The translations under genes were made by a program, and so were the position numbers. From contig OZ024754.1 of assembly GCA_964016885.1 (NCBI GenBank), forward strand, positions 34,472,001-34,536,000: a DNA stretch of 64,000 bases. The letters run 5' to 3'. Positions 38,770 through 50,997 of the stretch are shown piece after piece. How positions within the stretch are numbered: the stretch's first letter is position 1; the number at the start of each line of letters is the position of its first letter. The DNA comes from Eledone cirrhosa. Lineage: Eukaryota. The notes beneath the pieces are model-generated. The model was not told the DNA's origin. It did no database searches and saw nothing but the letters and a program-made list of their open reading frames with translations.

Positions 38770-39165
38770 GTGTGTGTGAATATGTCTGTGTATGTATTAC
38801 ATGTGTATGTGTGAATATAAATGTCTGTGTATTACATGTGTGATTGTGTGAATATAAATGTCTGTGTGTGTATTACATGTGTGTGTGTGTGAATATAAAT
38901 GGCTGTATATGTATTACGTGTATGTGTGAATATAAATGTCTGTGTATGTATTACGCGTGTGTGTGTGAATATAAATGGCTGTGTATGTATTTTGTGTGTG
39001 TGTGTGTGAATATAAATGGCTGTGTATGTATTACGTGTATGTGTGAATATAAATGTCTGTGTATGTATTACGCGTGTGTGTGAATATAAATGGCTGTGTA
39101 TGTTTTGTGTGTGTGTATGTGTGAATATAAATGTCTGTATGTATTACGTGTGTGTGTGTGAATGC
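38770..39165 (+). repeat. ~35-40-bp TG-based minisatellite
   Basis: GTGAATATAAATG(T/G)CTGTGTATGTATTAC repeated. Confidence 0.85.
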
Positions 39166-39346
39166 ATAAATGTGTGTAGATAAGTGAAGATTCATGGCTT
39201 CATGGTTAGGATGTTTGGCTCATGATTGCAAGGTCATTAGTTCGATTCTTAGTAGTGTATTGAATCCTATGTATGTTTATATATAAATATATATATATAA
39301 TATCAATGATATTAATAAATGGAAACTATATTTATAAAACCATATT

Positions 39347-39409
39347 TATTTTATTATATATATTTCAAGGGTACCAAAAAACTTTGGTACGCTCTCATCA
39401 GATAAAATA
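39347..39409 (-). ncRNA. Minimal hammerhead motif, family A copy 3 (single arm)
   Basis: Minus: TATTTTAT-CTGATGA-GAGCGTACCAAA..TTTGGTACCCTT-GAAA-TATATA-TA^ATAAAATA, perfect 8-bp stem I. Confidence 0.75.
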
Positions 39410-39515
39410 CAAAATTAGTTTTATAAATAGTGACATATCCGAAAAAAACAGACCTTATCGGTTTAGGTTCCGTTTGGATATTTATATACATACATGTATG
39501 TACGTGTGTGCACAC

Positions 39516-39569
<54 letters not shown>

Positions 39570-40297
39570 AGTAAATATTGAAAATCAATTGAAGCTAACA
39601 GGATATTTTGTCTAGAAACTAGAACTGGGGTGGGGGGTGGGGACACATTTCATTGGATGTTTGGAGAAAAAAAAGAGAGAAAGAAAGATAAAAGAAAAGA
39701 TGATAGTTTGTGACTTTAAGAATGGCAGGGATAGAAGCAAATGAGGAAAAGGAAGAGACACATTATTGACCTCGAATATGAGACAGAAATAACTAATGTA
39801 AAACTGATCCAACACAACTGTTTACAGTCTTCATTGTCTCTTTTTACACACTTATACACAAACTTACACACACACATATATATATATATATATACAAAAT
39901 CAACAAACAAGAGGATGCATTAGCATATCATCATCATCATCATTTAACATCTATCTTCTACGCTAGCATTGGTTAGACGGGAATTGTCCTACTTGAGGCA
40001 AGATTGATCAGGTGACCGTGTCTCGCTCATATAGGACTGTATCTAGCAGGTTTTCTATGGCTGGATGCCCTTCCTAACACCAACCACATTTACAGTGTGG
40101 ACTGGGAGCCTTTTTACCGTGTCTCCTACACGACCACTTTACAGCGTGGACTGGGTGCTTATTTGTTGTGACACCTACACAACCTCTTTAGTTTGGACTG
40201 GATGTTGTGGTACCAACATAACTTTACGGAGAAAGGGTGGTGTTGGTGGGGGTGGGAGGATGGAGTAGGGGTAGTGGGTTGGGGTGTATATTTGGTT

Positions 40298-41200
40298 ATC
40301 ATCATCATCACCATTTAATGTCTATTTTTTCATGCTAGTATAGGTTAGATGAGTTGTCTCGTTTGCGGCAAGCCAGATCAGATGATCGTGTCCTGCTCAC
40401 TCAGAACCAACCACATTTACTGTGTCGACTGGGTGCTTTTTGTTGTGTTACCTCCCTGACCATTTTACAATATTAACTGGGCGCTGGAGTTGATAGTGGG
40501 GGAGGTACATGGGGAGTGGAGAAGTAGATCTAGGGTGGGGGTGTAAAGACATGAATGAAGGGTGGGGGCGTTAGGATGTGGGAGGTGAATGGAAAGAGGT
40601 TGGGGAAAGTAGTGCATAGAAGATATATGTTTCAATCTGTGCACATGGGGAGGTGGGTATTCTGTATTACTGCATAACACCAAAGATCTCGATCTTTTGT
40701 CATCGCCTTCAAGAGATGCAATTGTGCAAGTTCAGCTTTTATCACCTCATCCAAAGTCTTCCTACACCATAACTTACATCAACTTTGAGCTCCTTGCACC
40801 TTTTTATACAGTTGTCATCTTTCATATGCATCACATGTCCATACCAACACAATCTCCTCTCTTGTAAACTGCATCTGATCCCTCTAATGCCCAATTTCAC
40901 TCTCAGTTCAATTATGCTTTGTTGTTCTTGTATATTACTGTTATACATCCATTGAAGCTTGCCACTTCATTTCTTTCCAATTTTTTTGCAGGTTCTCTGC
41001 ATACAGCACCCAGGTCTCACTAATATGCAGCATTGCTGTTTGTATACACGTATCATACAATCTGCCCTTCATTTTGAGGGAAAAACCTTTTGTATTTAAC
41101 AGTGGTAGTTGCTCTGGCAACAGTACCTTCAGAACACCCTAATTTGGTTGCCCAGGTAACAGAAACTATCAACTACTTCTACTACACTCTCTGGGCATTT
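40298..41200 (-). mobile_element. Decayed RTE 3' portion
   Basis: ORF 40742-40948 ELRVKLGIRGIRCSLQERRLCWYGHVMHM; RTE tail. An adjacent tail copy lies at ~39927-40297. Confidence 0.8.
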
Positions 41201-41223
41201 AAAGGTGCTAGTATTGTTTCTTT

Positions 41224-41321
<98 letters not shown>

Positions 41322-41916
41322 CCTTTGGAATAACATCAAATTTAGGTCTCTCTCCAAATCAATTCACTATGGTGCCTTGCATATGGATTACATATAGATT
41401 GTCTAATGTGTCATCTGAAGACACCATATTAAGGATTACATCAGGTTATCATGATGAAAGCACTTCACCACAGAAATATGTATTAAGGCTATTATGTCGT
41501 CTTTATGTTGTATTAAAATCCGTCTTGTGCTACGCATATGATACCATATGGTAGAATACACATGACATTGAGTGCTCTTTTCTTATTACACCATCATTTT
41601 CTAAAACGCAGCCCCTGCTACCAATTAGGAAACACCCTGTAACACAAACATATATATGTGTATGTATGTATGTGTGTGTGTATGTAATCTTCAGTTGTGT
41701 CAAAGATAAAATGCACTCAGTAGAGTCAGGACCATATGTAAACAAGATCAAGCCCCCAGCCCCTCTAAGGTCTGTAGCTCTGCTTAAGTACTGACTTACC
41801 AGCAAGGAAAATGAATGTTAAGTGTTGGTGATGATGATGATACATGCATACATAAATACATACATATTTATAAATATTGCGCTGACTACCAATATATATA
41901 TATATATATATATATA

Positions 41917-43185
41917 CAGCGTGCAGACGATATTTGTTCGCAAGATTACTGTCTAGGAAAAAATAACACAATAGTTTTATTTTTTAAGATATATTTATCA
42001 ACCTTGGGTCAGTTTGTCTTCATGACTTGTTCTTTCGATCTCACTCGATAAACTCGCCATTGGCTTTGATGACGGCCTCAGAACCGGCTACAGGCCTTCG
42101 TCACTGTACCCAGACTTAGGCCCCTAAAGACACTTGTGATCCTGGCCTTCAGATCGTCTTTCGTATTGCAGCTAGATCTGTTGGTGTCTCGTTCCATTGC
42201 GTCCAACACAAAGAAGTCAAGGAGGTTGCAGTCAGGCAAGCTGGGAGGCCAGATGTCAGGTGAAGTGTGGTCGACGAAGTTCTTTGACAGCCAGGCTTGG
42301 GTCTTTCGGCTGGTATGGCAGGGTGATGAGTTTTGCTGCCACATGTATGGCCTACCTGCAGCTACCTGGTCAGAATGCAGATGTAGTCATTGGTGTTCAG
42401 CTTGAGGCCCTTAGGGAAGAAGTGAGGTGGCAAGATGTCACCTTGACTGCTGACGACACCTAAGACCAATGTTGTCGCTGGAAACTTTGTCTGCATGACT
42501 GGGAATGTCTTTGGATGAGACAGTGAGCCACCTGTTGTTCTGGGAGTTGATCTTCTGGTCTTGGTAGAAGTTTTTCTCGTCGGAGAAAAACCACAGCATG
42601 TCTGGCTCCAGTGGGTGTTTCAACTTGTTGATCAGCTTCTTTGCGTGCTTCAGTCGCTTTTCTTGCATCGCCTTTAACAGAAATTGTCCTTTCCTCATCT
42701 TGTATGAAACGTAGCGAATGTCTTTATGTACCACCAGCCTAATAAGCTGTCCATCCACGCCTTTCTCCCTTGCAATGGCACGTATTGACTTGCTAGGTTC
42801 ATTGTTGATGATATCTTGAACTTCAGCGACAAACTCAGGCGTTCTGAAGGCGTCAGATCGTCGATCATGTGTTTTCCTCTCTGATGTTGCTTCATAGTCG
42901 AATCCTGAATCTTCCAATTCCTTTCTGACCTTTTCCACCATTCTCCTGCTGACGCTGAGAAAGTCTGAAATTTCCTTATTTGTCCTCCCGGCACGGATTC
43001 CAAGAAGAACTCTGTGTCTCTTCCACAAATTTGGAGGTTCAAAATTATTCATAATCAATTATTCTGAAAATAAATAATGGAAATATAGTCACTGTTTTTA
43101 TGAAGACAAGAGTGACAACAGAAGTAAAAAAAATTGGCAAAAAATTAGCAGTTGAAAATTGTGAACAAATATCGTCCACACCCTG
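41917..43185 (-). mobile_element. Tc1/mariner element, DD37D (maT-like), frameshifted transposase
   Basis: TIRs CAGCGTGCAGACGATATTTGTTCGCAA / CAGGGTGTGGACGATATTTGTTCACAA with TA on both sides. ORFs 42438-43058 (FSDEK) and 42078-42344 (QQN..SPCH...PDCNLLD; 37 residues between the second and third catalytic positions). Confidence 0.9.
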
Positions 43186-43202
43186 TATATCATCATCATA
43201 TC

Positions 43203-43529
43203 TTTATAACAACATATTTGTTTTATTATACATGTTTCAAGGATACTAGATTATAGTATGCTTTCTTCAGATAAAATACAATATTTGGTGTCTGGGTATG
43301 TCAACATCTTGACACCAAATATTGTATTTTATCTGAAGAAAGCATACTATGATCTAGTATCCTTGAAATATGTATAATAAAATAAATATGTCGTTATAAA
43401 ATTATTTTCCATTTATTAATATTATTAATATTATAATACTCCAGATAAAATTTAGCTGTAGAGTGCTTCATAACTGTTATAAACTTAATTCTATTGAATA
43501 TTCATCAACAAAGCATATAACTCATTGTT

Positions 43530-43535
<6 letters not shown>
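43203..43535. mobile_element. Palindromic double-hammerhead element, family A copy 4
   Basis: 90-bp arms at 43203-43292 and 43311-43400. HHR + at 43325-43384 (CTGAAGA..GAAA-TATGTA-TA^ATAAAATA) and - at 43219-43278; tail runs into (TA)n. Confidence 0.75.
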
Positions 43536-43562
<27 letters not shown>

Positions 43563-44347
43563 ACATTCATACATACATGTGTTATCATCATAATCATTTT
43601 TACGCCCGCTTCTCCGTGTGTGCATAGGTTGGACCTATATATATATATATATGAGAGTGGGGGTTATACTATCAACAACGACTGCTGTAACAGTTTTCCT
43701 TTAGTTATTTCTTTTCTTCTTAGCTTTCGATAGAAGTTAGCGCCTCTCATGCTATATTGTCTTCTTTATTCTGTTTTTTTTTTATTATTGTCGGTTCCTT
43801 TCCGTTCGGCTCTTAATCACCTGATGGAGTCGTATTGACGTTGTCGTGATATGCTGCGTATATTAAGTGTTTTAAACCTGGAGGAAGGCCATCCCCCACC
43901 CAAGAAATAAATAGAGAGAGCGAGAGGGAAAAAGATACCGAAGAAGAATCGATTCCAGTATAAATCCAGTGTAAATAAACTTTATTTATTGACCTCGAAA
44001 GGATGAAAGGCAAAGTTGATCTCTACGGGATTTGAACTCAGAGAGTCGAAAAGAATGTCACAAAGTATTCTATCAGACGTTCTAACGACATTACCGATTT
44101 GCCGTCTTTTTCACTGGAAAAGGTGAGAAAAAACAACACCAAGCAATCTGTGTGTGAATGAAAATAACATTTACAAGTTTGTAAATCAAACAATGCGTGT
44201 GTGTGTATTTACACACACATTACCACAAGAATTATCAGAAATGTGCTCCTCATACAAATATACTTGGAGTGATCTCCCTTTATCTTTTATTTATATTCTT
44301 TTTAGCAGCAGATGTTTTTAGAACTTTTTGTTGTCCAAAAGTGAGTG

Positions 44348-44413
<66 letters not shown>

Positions 44414-46081
44414 AATAATAATAATAAAGAATTCAACAGCTAGTTCTAGGCAATATATATATATATATATATATAAAATAAAGAATATTTCAACAGGCTA
44501 GTTCCAGGCGATATATATATATATAATAAAGAATTTCAACAGCTAGTTCCTGGCGATATATATATATATATATATAAAGTATGTGTGTATATGAAAACAC
44601 AGTAGCATCTGTTTATTGTCTTCGATATCAACCCCCATCGTAATTACTCGGCAAACTGAGGCTGTTTCCATTGTTACTTAAAATCTTTTCTCTTAACGTG
44701 TCCAAATGCCCTTGGGAGCAAGGCATACATTTTAGAAATTCTCCATTCACTCCCACAAAATTGCAAGAATTTGTGCCCCTGCGACACACGCATATTCATA
44801 CACGCCCAAACAAACATGCACACGCAGCCATATAAACTTATGTATACAGTTTATATGCTGCACAGTTGGTTCTTTTGAGCTACGGTCGACGGATGTCGGT
44901 AATTTTAGTACTTTCTTACAATATAGTGTCTAGTTTGCTTTAATGGTAGAATCTTTAAAGTGCCGGACAAAATGCCTTACGGTATTTAGTTACAGTTCTA
45001 CGTTCCAAGTTCAGAGGTTAACTTTGTATTTCATCCTTCCGGGACGATAAATAAAGTACCAGTCAAGTACTAGGGTCGATATGATCGACTTTTCCCAAAT
45101 AGCTGATCTATCTGGAAATATTCTAGTGTTTAGTCTAAACCAGAACATCGTAAACCTTTTACTTGATAGGCTCCTTGTAATATAATTGAATGTTTCTTCA
45201 CTCCTAAACATATTAATCGAATATATAATTTGAAAACAACTAATTTATCAGTATAGTTAATGCGAAGCATTCAGGGATATATTTCTACCGCATTGTGCCG
45301 GCTTTTTAAAACTTATCAGTGTTAAATACAACTTCTACGAGAAAAGAATTAATAAATTATAAATGTAAACACACCTTTAATGCGTGAATATTTTATTAAT
45401 GGGAAGCGTAGGTTTGGAAGGCAGGGTAGTTTTTTTCGTTATAAATGCAAAGTATGAACCGCTAAACATTTATTCGGTACGGTCAAAATTTTATTCACCT
45501 CTATAGTTTAATATGCACAACTTTACGAAGGCCTAACCTAAACAAATCAGTCAGCAGAAACTTCCTGCGTTTAATAGAGATAACGAGTGACTCAATCAGT
45601 TTTTCTTTCCGTAAGATAACTGTCAGCTAAAATAATAGATGTGAAAGTGGGCAATTTTAGGAAGTCAATAATATGACGAAATGAAGATCAATTTAAGGAG
45701 TGCCAACACATCGAAGTTCATCATCGACCGCCTGCACATATTACCCAAAGATTTAAACTGACCTGCATGTGTTATATATATATAAGGATAAGGTAAAGAT
45801 CCAATAACTCGTTTTGGAGTCGTAGGGGTACCGTCGCACGGCGTGTCTAGGGCACTTTTAAACCTGGCGGAGCCCAACCATCTCCAGGTCATGTATATAT
45901 ATATATATATATATATATTCATTTTATTAAGGCTAAATAGTGAGTCTTGTTACTCCGGAGTTTCGCCTGTTTATCACAGGGTCAACAGACAAGGAATATT
46001 TAAACTCTACTTCGGTTTTGAGTACGCTTTTCTCTCAACCGTCATCTACACACGGGTACCCACATATTCAAAGTAGGAGCG

Positions 46082-46115
<34 letters not shown>

Positions 46116-46266
46116 ATAAATACTCATAAGAGGGGTGTGTAATATACACAAAGACAGGACGAGAAGAGAAAGAGATTTCACTCTGCGCTGTAATGTGGTC
46201 TCGATGATTAATTAGAGTATCAGCTGATATTACTAGCACATGGAGTTATGACGAAATAACGATTTA

Positions 46267-46302
<36 letters not shown>

Positions 46303-47092
46303 GTACAACTTCATTTGGCCTTCGCTAATATTTAATGTTCTTCCCTGTGTGTGTGTGTATATATATATATATAGTCTTTGCGTGTGCGTTGCCTACCGTA
46401 TCGGTATTCTTGTGTATGTGTGAGTTGATTGAATAAAAGATGTCATGGGTAGTTAGAAAATATTTGCAATAGTCAGTCAACTGTTGGCTATTTCTGTCTT
46501 TTAAAAGTGCAACTGCATTTCCCTCACCCAATATATTGACATAATTGATGTTAAAAGAAATAAGAATATTCCTGCCAACGTCCACAGATCTACCTCCAGC
46601 ACTCTTTTACATATTTCTAAACAATTTTTATATTTATTAAATAAGGAACAGGAAGAAGTGCCTATCTCCTTTTTAGGCTCTTAAAAACTATATTTTTTTT
46701 CAGACATCAAGTATCTCACCCTCCCCCCTTTTTAAAAAGAGAGCAGTGTGTGTGTGTGTGTGTTTAAGGGAGATTTAACTGGTGTTTCTACCACGTTGAA
46801 CAACCACGTAGTGTTCTTCGTTGGTTATGTACATGCCTACATGTATAAAAGTATTTCACAACTCAGGTCTTTATTGCACCGATGCCCTTGAGAAAAAACC
46901 GAGCCCCACCAACTCCCATTTTATCTCCCTCTAACTGAAAGGTCATACGTCGAATAACACACACACACACACATATATATATATATGCATATATGTATGT
47001 ATGTATGTATGCAAAAAGCAAACAGAAATAACAGAGCAGATGACACAGTACAATGAAGAAATATCTTATTAATTTTACGCTTGATAAAAGAG

Positions 47093-47130
47093 CCTTAATG
47101 TTTCGGACGTTAGTCCTTCATCAGAAAATA
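47093..47130 (-). ncRNA. Hammerhead motif family C, intact core
   Basis: Minus: TATTTT-CTGATGA-A-GGAC-TAAC-GTCC-GAAA-CA-TT-AAGG. Degenerate copies at ~2490-2525(+) and ~35338-35370(-). Confidence 0.6.
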
Positions 47131-47237
47131 GAATGAGAAATTTATGAAGAAATAGTAAGATTGGAGACGGGCAGGGCGGAAAACATTTTTTTAGAGAAAA
47201 ATAAAAAAATAACAGGTCCATTCATGTTGCCATCTCT

Positions 47238-47293
<56 letters not shown>

Positions 47294-48831
47294 AGTGATC
47301 TGTTTGCGAACGAAAATTATAACCTCACAAAATTTAACATTTTTCTGTTCTGCAAAGCAGTCATTATTGTATTTTTATTTTTATTTTTGAAAACAAAATA
47401 TTTCCCAGTTCGAGGAATTTCATTTTAAATGTAAACTCATATCGATATTAATTTTTAATTCACCATATCAAATTTTTTGCAACTTATGTATTTCCGATAT
47501 TTTGCAGGAGCAGTTTTAAATAAAAAAAAAAATAATCGTAGTTATTATTATTATTTTATTTTTGGGGAGTTATTTATTGTAATATATTCTCTGTCTCTCC
47601 CTCTCTCTCTCTCTCTGTTGTATTTATTGAGTAAATAAATTACACATCATAAAATCATTTGAGGCGCGCCTGTTCGCACTGACGAACACATAAGTGGAGC
47701 ACTGTATAAATTCTATTACCTCCACAGCGTGAGGAAGAAACAGACTACCTTTGTAGTCGGCTTTCGTGCAGTTCATTTAGTTAATTTACGCTGATTATAT
47801 ATCCTTCTCAAATATTCTTGCTGGTTATATATTTTTGTCAATTATTCTCTCATTTAAAGGTGTGTATTATTAATTTTTAAGAATCATTTTAACCTTATGA
47901 AATCATATATAATATATCGGCGGCATCTTAACTATCAGATTTTTATATTTACAATCCCGCCAACTGAAGTAGTTATTCGTTCTGTGTATAATATATCGAC
48001 CACAAATAACTATTCCCCAACAGGTGACAAAAAATATCAATCACATAGGTCACTCATTTGTTCTATGTGAAAGAATTCCATTTTGATTATTCGAAACCAT
48101 TACACTCCACCTTCCTCATGAATCTCATTTCTACTTTATTTTGTTTTGTTGTTGTTTTTATTAAGCATTCTTTCTCATGGGGTCAGGAGGATATATTCTG
48201 TGATTTGGCCAGTATATTGACTACGAATCCATGTCTCTTCTACCCAGGAGAAGCAGATACGTTTTTTTTACACGGCCATTGCCACTGTTCACCATTGATA
48301 AGTAATCACACATTTCCTAGAAGATTTCATGTGAAAAAAAAAAGAAACCATCTTCAATGCTGCAAATCAAAGCAAAAAAAAAAAAAAAAAAAATTAATTA
48401 ATAAAAAGAAATTTAATAAAATTATTTTATGTCTACATTTCCCCGTACATATGTACGTACACGATTTAAAGGTTTTCCTTTTATATAGCAACGATGCCTG
48501 GGAAGGTATGACGTTAATTATTTTCTGAGCTGTTATTAAAACGATTCAATAAACTTACAATACAGCAGGCCTTCTACTACTAAATGCAGACGAACGGGAA
48601 TCGATTTATGATTTGAATTGTCGAACAAATTCATGAATAAAGTTGAATATTGGGTGGACACCCTTCTGATCTGCTCATTACACAAGATATATCAAATATG
48701 GAATCATAAACGTTTACACACACGCACTATATATATAAGATGTTTATATAACGTTTCCAATTATATATACATACCAGACACACTCATTTAAAGTTGTAGA
48801 GTCACTTCTCACGGAATGGTCTGATCAATTT

Positions 48832-48884
<53 letters not shown>

Positions 48885-50997
48885 GTACTGTATTCATTAA
48901 ACGTTCAAAACGAGTTTTTATTTAATAAGGTTATTATTATTTTTTTGTTTATTACTAACCTTATCTCGAGAGACGAAAATATTTGTTAATAGTTACGTCT
49001 ACGTTACGTTTTCATTGATTTAATCTTCGGTTGTCATTCCAAACTGGAATCGAACTCCGAATCTTTATGTTTAAACTAATTGCAATAACGTTCTTATCCT
49101 ATAGGCACTGATTTAAATGAAGGTGTCTTGTTCGAATCCAGCCTGGGACTATGCATACTTCAAAGAATAAGACACCTGGTGATGATTGGCGATCAAACCG
49201 ACCAAAACGTAACGTAGATGTAAGTAAATATGTTTTAAAATGTTTATCCCTGAAGATGACGAGGCTAAATAAAATCTGCCATTAGTCATTCTTTGTATAC
49301 AGAAGCGTTACGAGCCCCGTACTCACTACAATTGTATAAAAAAAAAAATACACAGATGAATTCCAGGAAATATTAGGAATGGAAATTGGACGATTTCCCT
49401 AAAAATATTGGTGGCAAAAGTAGTGTAAATATGTGTATATATTTCACACATACCCCATTTTTGGGGTGTGATTAAATGGTTCCCACGAAACGTTGCAGTG
49501 TATTATCTATCTATCTATCTTACTATCTATCTACCTATCTCTCTCTCTATATATATATATATATATACACATATACATACATAGTAGTAATAGGTTGGTA
49601 AAAATATCCAAGGTATAGAGCAACTCAAGACCGTAGGGCGAGTTTGAATATAATTATTAATGCCAGTTGCTACAACGTCGCCGTTGTAGTAACTGGCCTT
49701 AATGGTTATATATAATATATGCACAAACACACACTCAGTATTGTGGTTAGTGTTATGAAAGACATTTAGCCGTAGAAAACCTGACACACATAGGGTTGAG
49801 AGGACTCTTCAATGGTTTCAAGGGCATGGTAACCTCCCTACTTCTTAGTTTATGATCAAATGCAACCAGTATACTTGGTAGAGTTAGCAAGATAGCAAGA
49901 TCTGGCTCCTGAAACGTTTGTGAAGACAGTGGCCCTAATTGAGTGTTGCGAGGTCTGACAACCCATCCAATATATGCTAGCATGGAAAAATTAGACATTA
50001 ATTAATGATATATATATATATATCTATCTCTCTATATATATATATATATATATACATACATACACACATACACACACACTCACACATACACACACACACA
50101 CTCACACACACACATATACACACACTCACACACACAGCAATAGAAACAAAGCCCAAATCAGTTCTGTAGTAGCAAGACATGGTCATCTGACCTGGCTTGT
50201 CTCACAACGGGACTTGTCTAACCCATGCTAGCATGGAAAATGGACGTTAAACAGTGGTGATGATGAGGATATATATATATATATATATATATATCCCATG
50301 TTAATGTGCATGAACAACAAAGCATTGATGAATTGAGTGAAAAACTGTGTATAAGAGGAAACAGAATTAGTGTGCAAGAGTGAAGACTGCTGGTATAGAC
50401 ATGTGATGGGCACGGATGGTGATCACTGGGTGAAGAAATGCCAGGAAATCCTAGTGGAAGGAAACTGCAGTAGATAAAGACCAAGGAAGACCTGGGCGGA
50501 GGTGGTGAGAGCTGATTTCAAATCGTTGAAACAAAGAAGAAATTACGAGGGAACGCGACAAGTGGAGAGAGGCTGTGCTGAAAAAGACTCATCCAACCCA
50601 TGCAAGCATGGAAAAGCTGACATAAAATGTTGATGATGACATATTTTATATTTGCTTTCTATGCTGACCAGTTGGACTGAGGTCAATTCTTGTTCAGAGT
50701 TACTGCCTTCCTAGACAGGTCAAAAGATCACATTTTGATGATGTGTCAATTTTTGCCATGGCTTCTTTTGGCTGGATGCCTTTCCTAACACCATCCACTT
50801 AACAGTGTGTACTGGGTGCATCATATTTTGGTACCAGTATTACAGAAATTGTCACGTCCTCAACAAGACTGAAAAGTCCTTTCTACTTTGTCTCCATTTG
50901 ATCATCAATCATTTTACTAAGTGTATTTTTATGATGCTAACACTGTATATATGTATGTATATATATATGTATATATGTATGTGTATATATATATAAA

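Noticed and set aside
48058-48680. 156-aa plus ORF and a 40-codon minus ORF ending at a GTAAGT donor
   Set aside because: The plus ORF runs through poly-A tracts; neither has recognisable homology or a downstream exon.
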